A DNA stretch of 62,481 nucleotides, filler included, from Choristocarpus tenellus KU-1152 (taxonomy: Eukaryota > Protista > Phaeophyceae): NCBI GenBank assembly GCA_964200185.2. It is 5 parts of 5 records of this genome, joined end to end, with 100 filler letters (N's around TTAATTAATTAA, not from the genome) between each part and the next. Parts side by side here need not be neighbours in the genome. Positions count along the whole stretch, not along the records: positions 9,337 to 16,609 come from CAXNAD020006428.1; positions 16,710 to 22,737 come from CAXNAD020009132.1; 3 more parts are not named here. One strand, given 5' to 3'. Numbering within the stretch: position 1 is the first letter of the stretch; the number at the start of each line of letters is the position of its first letter. Under the pieces are notes generated by a model that saw only the letters and a program-made list of their open reading frames with translations, ran no database searches and was not told the origin of the DNA. This document shows, piece after piece, positions 12,677-22,837 of the stretch. A program made the position numbers and the translations under genes.

Positions 12677-15600
12677 ATAGACTTTGCGTGCGTGTGGTTA
12701 CCTGTCACACCCGTGGGTAGGCGGGTGAAGTGCTGGGAGGGCGCGTGCTGTCTGGTTCGCGGCGTCTACGGACATGAACACGAACCAGAGAGGTTTACCG
12801 TCAGCTTTGGCCCGCATGGCGCTGCTGGTGTTGTTGGCGATGACCAGTCGATCCGCTTTGATAATCTGGCGAATGGGGGAGGGCAATATTACGTCTGTAA
12901 ATCAAATAAATCTGCTCAGAGTTGCAAAAAAATGGCCACTTGTTAACACATATCAGGTTAGTAGCAAAATGGAGTGTAGGTAACAATAAATCTTTGTCTT
13001 TGGATATGTTCTTTAATGCTGTGTTCAATACAAATACAGTATTATGGGGATTGTCGGAAGCACGTTCGTACGGGGCCTGAGAAGCAGCTACAGTACCTGT
13101 CGCTCCTACATCCCGTTGTACACGACCAGGAAGCAGTCTATCATACAACGTGTGTGGGCGGTTAATAAGTACGTTTTCGCGCTGAGTGAGGGTTAGGCTG
13201 CTGCCATTAGCACCTGCGTGGGAGTCTTCATTCGCAAACGGAAACAGATGTTGAAAATGGAGGGCAATGACGGCGACATGTTGCCACTGTACACTTGTTG
13301 CAAAATTAACGCTGGACACATACCTCTCGATGGTCTGACAGCTCCTTATCGATGGTCTCGAGGACGGTGGAGTCGTTCGTGGGTTTTACACCCGGCGCAC
13401 CGTGACGCTTCTTTTTTAAGGTGACACATATGTCACATTTCATAAACTCGCCTCCTACCCTTACACTATCGATCCATGAATATTTAATGCATGGGCGACC
13501 CTTTCGTCATCATTACCTGCGCATCGTTCTCATTGTGTCCTTCATGGCCATTCCCATTTTGCAGATACAAGTCGTTCAACAGGAGGGTTCCTACGGCGAG
13601 GGACTACAAGGACATCGAATCGGACCCGCACATGTCCAAAATGGTTGTCTCGCGCACGAGGCAGATTGTGCCGAAGGAGAAGTGGACACCAGAGCTCCAA
13701 AGGTTTGTAAATGGTGGAAGTTACAGCGGTTATCTTCCTTTTTTTCCTTTTCCGTATCTCCAGTGCACCCATACGTGGCCATGCGCCCCTCAATTACAAA
13801 ATATACTGTCAGCATAGGTTTCGGCACCGCACTTACTGCCTGTTGCAAAACGTTTTTTTGGACATTACGTGAATGATGCACGGGCTGCCAGGGAAATGAA
13901 CAAGCTTGCATATGAGAACGGCAATATGCACGACATCTGGGTCAAGCCCCACTACAAGGAGAGGAAGAGGGAGGTGGCGGAACTTCTGGAGAAGGTTTCA
14001 TCTGGCGACCAACAAGTGGGGCCCGTCCGGCAGCTGAGGGCAAACATCGCGACGGTAGTCGGAATGAAACCCATGCAACGGGTCAGAGCCGTGAGTGTGC
14101 CTCCTGTGTTGGTAATTGTAGCTGAAATATGCCTTGTACAAAAATAATTAGTTGACGCTTGGTAGGATTGGTAACGGGTCTTTGTCATCATCATGTGGAC
14201 AGAGTTGCCTTCCCTACAACAAACGATGCTATTTTGTCAGTTCTAGTCTTTCGTTGCTAATAGCGGGAATAGCCAATCGTTTCCTTCTACTCTAGACAAC
14301 GATCTTCGTCAATTTCCACCTCGTTTCAGCCTCCAACACGTGTCACTGTCGTAACCTACAGACAGACTGGCATCCTCGACATAGACTTCTTTCAAACTAT
14401 TTCGCCCCACAAGCTGCATCCATTAAACACGTTCACCACATAAACCGATAGGTTTGCTCCGTTGTTCGGTTGACATGCTATCGTAACTCCATTACACTCT
14501 CCCATTTTTAACGTTACCATCATCCCCTCCTCTCCTCAACAACGTCCTCCGCCGTGCCCAACACCAGATTATCGAGAAGGACTCAACTCTACACGCTTAC
14601 CCAACCACCTGGGACGGGAAATACCAGGATGTACTCAACCAGATCAACCTCCACCAGGTTCACAGCGGGCCGGCCGGTCCTGGCGGCGGCACCGATGTCC
14701 AGAGCAAGAACGGATCGGCATCAGATGGCCGTGAGAAAGAAGACGAGAGAGGGTGCGAACATAGAGGAGGAGATGGAAACGAGGGAGGGGATGAACACGA
14801 CGGAGGGGACGAAGACGAGGGAGGGGACGGACTGCCAGACAGGGAGGATACGGGCGAAGGGGGTTCTGTCGGCAGCGTTCCTGGTGCGAAAGAAGAACAA
14901 AACGGACATGGAGGGTGGAACGCGGGCGTTTGCTGTACTGGATGCAATCCTCCACCTACGTCTCGGTGAGTAATGTAGTTTTAACGGTGTACACAGGGAT
15001 GGTGGGTAATTAATAGTGTAAGATTGGTTTCCATCCAATCCCCCGAACAGCTAACTAGGTTGTCTCTTTTCAGCGGTGCACGCCATTAAACCAGTGGAAC
15101 TTGTGGGGTCCCTCTGTGTGTGGCGCTGCAGACGCTATCCACACGTCTCTCTATTTTCCACTGTCCGATTGTGTTAATGCACGTACATCACCGACTGTTG
15201 TATCTCACCTGTACTACTTCGTACTGTTTTGCACCACTAATTTCGTGGTACTTCATAAACGTGATCCCCGCATTGTGTTGTTACGCCCAATTAATGATTT
15301 CGAAAAATACTAACCTGCCTCTTTAACGCTCTCCTTCGATGACACGCGCGACAGGTATTCATGCCCAAAGTGCTCCATCACGCATATGGGCTAATGTGCC
15401 TACGCGGAGATTGTAGGCGACAAGAGGCACAAGGATCGATTATGTATCAATTGCCCCATGGCACAGGAGGGCAGCGAAGGGTCTGGATCGGTCGGGAAGG
15501 AAGCGGCGGGTCGGGGCAGGGGCAAGGGTAAGGATAAACGTAAGGCAAGGAGCGCGGGCGGGTCACCCACCAGACAAAGCCTTTTACGTCCCCCCTCACC

Positions 15601-16590
15601 CAGCAAAACGGCGGACATGGAGAAGTGCATGTGGGTCTCGGCGTGGTTGCACATTATACGGACATACAAGTCGTCTCTGCGTGTTCGGTTTCACATTGCT
15701 TTGCACGTGGGTCTTGGCTGCTTGTACATCATGTGGATTGCTTGTCCTTTGTGCATTGGATGTGTCGTTTTTTTGGAGGTTTCCATGGACCATGGAACTT
15801 GGTGTTTTTACGTCTAGCCTCCTTGCACGAGATGTATCTCGTTGGTCTGGCATTGTGGAGGGTGCGCCTTGATTTTTTGGGGATGCCGTCGAAATATTGT
15901 CAGGACCTCACTCAATGATACGATTGCCTGCACTGTTGCTTACGACGCTGTCCTTCTTGTTGTACTGTCTGTATACCGTGTCGTGTGTCATAATGTCGAA
16001 CCAGGACTGAGAACACTGCACTACACAACCTTCGTCCTCTCGACCCTACGATACCCTTAGACAGCCTGAAAGAGTTCGAGTTTCGTAACGCACCAAAGCT
16101 CGCCATAGTGTCCCTTGCCGCCGAGCCAATACTCCTCAACGACGAAGAGGCGACCAATGAACACTTGCGCCAGGTGGTTAAGTGCTTGCAGATGAAGCTA
16201 CATCCTCAGGGCACCATCACGTTATTTGTGCCCCGGCCGTGGGTCGTGCACTTACACCGCCTACACAGTGAGTTCGGGAGTTCGCCAGCGCTGAAATACG
16301 GGGTATGTTGTTCACTACATGATTTTTGCCGTCTTTCCTCCTATTACAGAATTTCCTATAGTTTGCATTTTTTTTTTCCATTTGTTATTTGCCTTGCGTT
16401 CCACAAAAATAGGACTATTATAATGTTAGTGGTATGAGATTTCATGAACCTCTACCATAACTACTTGTGTCATGACACTGTCAAGTTTGACGCATGCTGG
16501 ACCCACGCGCTCGCTCCCGTCTTCTCTTCATTCAGGACCTCTTCTCGCGTCGAAGGCGGGCTTGGTTGTGGAGGATAATCCCTGCTTGTA
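12677..16590 (+). pseudogene. Disrupted multi-exon gene with weak SET-like and amino-methyltransferase-fold-like segments; exons ~12677-12882, 13211-13420, 13565-13702, 13764-14090, 14568-14965, ~15466-15630, ~15818-15898, 16065-16302
   Basis: Mostly phase-compatible AG/GT boundaries. One frameshift in the T7 run at 13853-13859 and an in-frame TGA at 15870-15872. Motifs CVGVFIRKR..KINAG, GHYVNDA and GDAVEI...LAIVS...KLHPQGTITLFV. The exon structure is fairly solid; the domain calls are weak. Confidence 0.45.
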
Positions 16591-16609
16591 ATATACAACA
16601 CGAGGGGGG

Positions 16610-16709
16610 NNNNNNNNNNNNNNNNNNNNNNNNNNNNNNNNNNNNNNNNNNNNTTAATTAATTAANNNNNNNNNNNNNNNNNNNNNNNNNNNNNNNNNNN
16701 NNNNNNNNN
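16610..16709. other. Artificial contig-join linker
   Basis: N44-TTAATTAATTAA-N44. Confidence 0.97.
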
Positions 16710-17116
16710 GTCGTGTGAGGCTTCACACCTTCTTATCTTCACTACTAACAAATAGCATTACCTCCCAAGGTAATTTGCACAATGCTGTCAGAGTTGCCAG
16801 AGGTGCACAATGGTGGAACCCAGGAACCCCCATTTATTGCAAGCTGGTAAATACGTGCAGTAAGCCCAATAGTGTCCAAGCGGGGCTGCCAGTTGCAAAG
16901 GCGATTGCTCTCAATACTCAGGATGCAGGGAGGGTGGTTGTACTCTTTCAGTCACTAACCAGACCCCTCAAAGACCCTCAAAGAGCACAGATCCTACTTG
17001 CCACAACTCGTTCCCAGACAAGGCATCCTCCAGAAGCAGACGAGACTGGTGACTACCCGATAGAAGAGGAAGATGACTCCCCTTAAGATTAAGCCAAGGG
17101 GGTCCGGCACCAATCG

Positions 17117-17869
17117 ATGAACCTTAGCGATGCCAATATGGGACAGCTGACACCAGGTCAGAAGGAACAGTTGCTGAAATTGTTAGAAGAATTTAGAAAT
17201 TTAGGGAAATTCCCTGAAGATCCTAAACAAGTTCCCCCATGCTCTAAGGGAGTAGTACTACACATACCACTATTAGACGAGAACTGTACACCCTACGCAG
17301 CGAAGCAAAGGCGCTTCTCTCATAAAGAAACGCAGGTGATTCAGGCGGAGGCTAAGCAATTGCAGGAACGTGGTATCATTATACCCTCTACCTCAGCGTG
17401 GGCAGCAGCCGTGGTAGCAGTACGTAAGAAAGATGGGACTCTAAGGTTGTGCATAGACTATGGGATGGTCAATGACCTCTCACCTAGTGATAGTAGAGGT
17501 CTCGGGAACATGGTCAGCATCTTTGATAAGCTTAAGGGTTCTAGCTATTTTACTGCCATAGACCTAGCGTCGGGATTCTTTCAACTAGAAATCGCAGAGG
17601 TAGACAAACATATGACAGCTTTCCGTGACGCTCATGGACAACTTTGGGAATACAACAGGTGTGGCTTTGGCTTGAAAATCTTACCTGCCGTATTCTCTAG
17701 TTTCATGAGAGAGGCCTTAAGAGATCTCAATGGAAACGGTGTAGAAACCTGGCTAGACGATCTTTTTTGCTGTAGCTCCTCATTTGATGAGCATATGACC
17801 AAACTTCGCCTCCTTCTGACCAGACTCAAGCAATACGATCTGCCTGTTAACTTTCCCAATTCCTTGTAG
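17117..17869 (+). pseudogene. Gypsy reverse transcriptase core
   Basis: ORF 17117-17869 with LRLCIDY, FTAIDLASGFFQL, TAF, FGLK and WLDD motifs; ends at a premature stop or frameshift. Confidence 0.92.
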
Positions 17870-18561
17870 TGCATGCCCTCACAGGAATTCGTAGGATGAA
17901 GGTAGGCAGAGATGGCTTGGGCCCTGCTCCATCAAAAATTATAGCAGTAGCAAACCTTGATCCTCCACCTACAGTTGAGCAGTTAAGAAGTTTCCTAGGC
18001 ATGACAGGATACACGCAACAGTTTCTTCCAAACCATGGCCACGTAGCTGCACCACTGACTGACACCCTCCGGAATAAAGGGTACGTCCAAAAGCGTCAGG
18101 AAGAAGAGTATCCCTTGGGAATCAGAGGAGCAGAAGGCCTTTGAAGAATTTAAGGCGCGTCTGGTTTCTCTACCAATCCTAGTCTTTCCTGACTGGGATA
18201 AGCCGTTCCTCCTCCATAGAGATGCGAGCGAGGAAGGGGCTGGAGCAACGCTGACCCAGGTACAGGATGATGACCATGAACATGTCATAGCACATGCTAG
18301 CCATAGATGATCTAAAACAGACAGTAGGAGAGCACCCACAGAAAGAGAACGCATGAGTATCTTGTGGGCTGTAGGACACTTCTGCTCCTATATTTGGGGT
18401 AGGAAATTCACCCTAGTCACTGACTGCTCAGCACTGACTTGGCTCTTCTAGAGTCGTGAAGCTAGCCCCAAGCTCCTCATGTGGGCCCTCCGTCTTATGG
18501 ACCACGACATGGAACTGAAGTGGAGGGTAGGTTCGAAGCATCAACTACCAGATGGACTGTC

Positions 18562-18819
18562 GAGTGAAAGTATCTTAGAGGGTACGAGTTTTTTCCTGTT
18601 TGTCCGTTTGGGGCTGGGCTTCCCATAGGGGATATAATGACATTTTCCTACTCCAAAATGGATCGGAGCAGGTAAAATGTGTACGTTATGAAAAGGTGTG
18701 TCCGGAACAAGGATATTGACACTTCCCAACAAACAAGATAGCCAAAATTTCATCAAAATCGAAACGTTGGATTTTGGCCCCAAAATGGACGTGACTCTAC
18801 CCTCTAAGATACTTTGGCT
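18562..18819 (+). mobile_element. ~257-bp element, copy 4, inserted in the Gypsy RNase H end motif
   Basis: Removing the element plus one GTC duplication restores GAT GGA CTG TCA CGA CTC (DGLSRL) in frame. Confidence 0.93.
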
Positions 18820-19908
18820 GTCACGACTCTCCTCACTAACAACATCAGGTTTGGATATCGACGATTCTTTTCCTGACGATCCATCAGGAACTTGTAGCAA
18901 GAGCTACGCTGGACTGCGAGGATCTGCCTTAGATGGTTTTTTGTTTGCAGGATATAGGTATATCAGATCTAAGCCCAGGTCACCCCACAATGTGCCCTTG
19001 CTCTCTCTGTCCGTTGGTAGATTCAGCAGAACTAGAGTGTGCTCCTCCCTCACATGATGAACCGAGTCTAGGGGTAGCACACATGTTACTTCAGGGAACA
19101 GTTGATACCACGTTCTCAGGAATATTGCCAGCATTGCAAGATTGCCACACGGAACGTGATAGTCGAAACTTAGGCGTTGGAGGTTGGCTACCACTCATTA
19201 GACCCCAGGATCAAAGACTACCAGTACCCATACCCCCTCCCTCTGGTTGGATGCCCCCAGATTAGATGCCTAGTGTAGACCCGACACACACCCCACAGCA
19301 ACTCCTTCCCCAGCTTAACGCCACTAACACTTTTGGCTGGAAGCCTTTAGACCCTACCCTCGAAGACAGGGTTAGAAATAAAGGAAAAGCAAGAGAAGAG
19401 AAGCCACCATGCAAAAAAAGGCGCAAAAGTACACCAAGGCCAAAGAACAAGAAGGGTAGTGACAGAACAGTCCGAATGAGTGAGATGGTTCAACACCACC
19501 CCGCTCTCAAGAGAGCAATGGCTACTCTCTTAGACGTGTCAGAGCTAGTGGAGAGGAAGAAGAAAGACCCCTTCTTGGGCAGCATATGGGGTGTACTCAA
19601 AGGCCAAGAACACTGGAAGACGTCACTCGAATGGGAAAAAGGGAGTATAGATGTGAAGTCATATTCCCTAGATGATAAGGAGTTACTCTCTGGCACACCC
19701 CTGGAGAGTATGCTCCTAGGCTAGCAGTTCCTCGTTTACTAGTGTCAGACATCATAGCACTAGTACACCTGCAGCTAGCCACCAGGTAGTTGGACGCACA
19801 GTAGCCCTAACCCGTCGATACTTCTTTTGGCCCTCACTCCACAAAGACAGGCAGGATTATGTTCTCTCCTGTGGCTGTCGCAGACGAAAGAGGACTAGGA
19901 GCGCACAA

Positions 19909-20427
19909 GTGGCAATGCTGCCAGCCGAGTTCCTTGAACCACGGGATGTACTTGAGATGAATCTACAAGATATGGGACACATCTCAGCGAAAGGCAACAA
20001 GTATACATTAATTGTGATTGATAGAGCTTCGAGATTCCCTTTTGCATTCCCAATGGCGTCGAAGGAAGCAACTGGGTTAGCAACAAACGTATTGGAATTA
20101 TGTCTTACATTTGAGATCCCTCTGTCAATTCCTAGTGATGCAGGAGGGGAGTTCACAGGAGACATGATGAGTCATCTTTGTCGTTGGCTGAAGGTCCCTA
20201 TCAATTATGGACCAACTGGCAACTCGGGAGGACAAGGGGGAGTAGAAAAGATGGGAGGTCTGCTTTTAGAAGTCCTATCGGAACTATGTGTGAAGTGGCC
20301 AAATAGATGGGATGAGTATGCATCTCCCGCAAGTTGGGCACAACGCACTACTCCAGACCCATCTGACCCCCTCAACCCAACCCCCTTCCGAGTCTTGTTT
20401 GGCCGTGATCCCCGCACACACAGCTAG
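19909..20427 (+). pseudogene. Gypsy integrase catalytic core (rve-like)
   Basis: Motifs GNKYTLIVIDRASRFPFAFP, IPSDAGGEF, GGVEKMG, WPNRWDEY and TPFRVLFGR. Confidence 0.9.
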
Positions 20428-20962
20428 ACGCCCTCGTACCCAAGTTGGATGGGGAAATAGAGGTTGGAGGATTGGATTCCTTATTGAGCAACGCAGACAG
20501 AACTTGAGGGAGGTACGAGAAGTCCTAGAGAGACGGATGTCTACAAGATAGAAATACAGAGAGAGAGCCAAAGCTTTGATTGCTAGGTCTTCCCCAGGAC
20601 TAGAGTCCAAACCAGGTGACCTAGTTCTAGTGAAAGAAGCAGACAGCTCTATCCATGGGGAAAAACTAGGTGAGACAAGAGTGGGCAGAAAGCTAGTCCA
20701 TGAAAGATGGATGGGACCGTGGACTGTAAAGGAAAATTCACATCAGAGTAGTAGCATGACAGTCGAATTGCTGGGTAGGCAAACACGCACATGTAATGCT
20801 CATGCTTCTCATGTGAAACCCTTCCACGTAAGACCCATTCATCTGAGACATAACTTCCAAGAAGAATATGCCCAACTAGTGCGGGAATCGGACCTGGTCA
20901 AAAATGGACGCCGGCACCCCCCGCCAGATATTTTGACCCACCTAGGTCTAACAGAGTAATCC

Positions 20963-21400
20963 GTGGTAGCAACCCCTATGTACACCCTTACTGATAGAAA
21001 AGCAGTATTGTCGCCATCCAATGTATGGCACTGGGAGTACCGGGGGAAGTATCAGAATGGAGGGTTTTCAGATTGGGTAACCGAGAAAGAGGCTATGGAT
21101 AGCTTCACCCCACTACAGTTGGGTGTCTTCCATCCCCTCTGGGATTTCTATAATCCAGATACGAGCCCATGTCCTACTGACACTTCTCGCCAAGGAAACC
21201 CCTTGTCTCGAGAAGATGCATTATGCCTTTTCCCCACAGGTACCACTGCCAAGAAGTCATGGAAAGACGAGAAGGGAAGGGATAAGTGGTACACTGCTAC
21301 AGTTCTTGACTTCAAGTTACCATACTGGAGGGTACGGTTTAATGGTGGGGATTGGGAGGAATTGAACAAAAGCGAAATTAGTCGCTTCTCACAAGAATGA
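20963..21400 (+). pseudogene. Pol C-terminal extension: chromo-like segment followed by a Tudor-like domain
   Basis: WEYRGKYQNGGFSDWVTE resembles a chromodomain. FPTGTTAKKSW...WYTATVLDFKLPYWRVRFNGGDWEEL resembles a Tudor barrel (G.V..Y....V.Y.DGD.EEL). Confidence 0.55.
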
Positions 21401-22144
21401 TCCAACAGGTAACCACTATACATCCAGAAGGCAAGGTACGTGAGGACTAACCGATTCATGTAATAACACAGGAATCAAACATTGACAGTCCTAGCCCCCA
21501 CATAGAACGTAAGACAGGAGAAGTCGGAAACACGAAGTAACCCATATCAGCCCAGGCAGTAATTTTATAGGGTGCTTTTGTTTCTCTTTTGTTTCCTTTT
21601 TCTTTCCTTTTTTTTCCCCTTTTATTTTTTCCTTATTTGTTTATTTTTATTTTTTCATTTTTTTTCCCTTTCTGTCAGCCCTGGTATCCCCTTACATCCT
21701 TACTTACTTCTTTAGCTCTACATTTCTTAAGCTCTCCCTCCTCTGTCCCTCGTCTCCTTTCTTTTTATTATTATTTTTTTCTTTTCTTTTCTTGGTCGAG
21801 GTTGACGTTGATGTTATTGCCTGTTTCACGCACTAGCAGCTGTCAGTATGCTTCGTGCTGGGGGGCATGAGACAAGCAATAATCAGATGATACTTGGCAC
21901 TCTAAGGAAGCTGTACTTTAGAGAGAGTAGATATATCCTCAGATTAGGTTAGATGCAGACAGATGTTCCCCAAGTAAGTCAAGGATAGATGTTTTGGACC
22001 TAGTAGGAGTACAGTATCTTCTTACTCTTCCTTTTTTCTTGCCACAGGATGATCTGAGGTGATCGATGATATCTATTGCCTTCACCGATGACAATCGCCT
22101 GTGGTAGACGTGAAATATGTATTACTATTTCACGCTGGGGGGCA

Positions 22145-22682
22145 TGTTACAGGCGAATAGCGCGAGCATTTCTTCTCATGTTTTAGAAAACACGAACATT
22201 TGTGGCAGGCGAATAATGCGAACATTGTTTCTCGCGTTCTAACAAGTGCGAACAATAGACGAGATTGGTAACACATTGGTAGCCTTACAGAATAAATGCT
22301 GATTTCGTAGAAGATACAGAGTAAGAATCGTAATGCATACGTAACATTACAGAAGAAAACGTCAAAAAGTTCCAAAGAAGTTGCAGAATAAAGGTTTATG
22401 ATTGAAGTATGTATAGAGCAGTTGTATAGAAGACCAAAGAAATTGAGTGGATAAAGAAAATAATAAGAGGGCTTTTGGTCAAATCCATTATCCCCCTTAA
22501 ATCAGTTTTTTTTTTATCTTGAACTTACGCTTTGAGCTATGCACTAAGTGGAGTATCGAGAGAAAAGGCTGCCTGATACCAACAAGCTGTTACCAAGGGT
22601 AACGTCCCCATAGTGTCGTTTTAAGGTCGTTGGATTAGAGTTATTCATCCTGTGGAGGTGAGTTCTGGGGCACGCTGTAACA
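22145..22682 (+). repeat. 3' LTR (538 bp)
   Basis: Starts TGTTACAG and ends CTGTAACA (8-bp inverted termini, TG...CA). It lies immediately after the G-rich tract GCTGGGGGGCA (22134-22144). Confidence 0.85.
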
Positions 22683-22737
22683 GATAACAGCCGATTTCAA
22701 AAATTGAGGATGGGGCTTTTCATTGAGGATGGGCTTG

Positions 22738-22837
22738 NNNNNNNNNNNNNNNNNNNNNNNNNNNNNNNNNNNNNNNNNNNNTTAATTAATTAANNNNNNN
22801 NNNNNNNNNNNNNNNNNNNNNNNNNNNNNNNNNNNNN
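22738..22837. other. Artificial contig-join linker
   Basis: N44-TTAATTAATTAA-N44. Confidence 0.97.

Larger units (their letters stand above)
16710..22682 (+). mobile_element. Ty3/Gypsy LTR retrotransposon, 5'-truncated by the contig edge and decayed
   Basis: Domain order RT-RNaseH-integrase. RT motifs include SAWAAAVVAVRKKDGTLRLCIDY, IDLASGFFQ and WLDD. RNase H motifs include FLLHRDAS, FTLVTDCSAL and LPDGLSR. The integrase core has SDAGGEF and TPFRVLFGR. A PPT and 3' LTR follow. Many stops and frameshifts. Confidence 0.95.

Noticed and set aside
18541-19057. ORFs sharing LPSKIL/YPLRYF peptides (also at 938, 11003, 11324, 11665, 60446) as a protein family
   Set aside because: They are incidental translations of the 257-bp element's inverted repeat, with no conserved start, stop or frame.
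21589-21870. Phe-rich hydrophobic ORF as an env-like gene
   Set aside because: It is simply the translation of a T-rich low-complexity tract in the retroelement 3' UTR.
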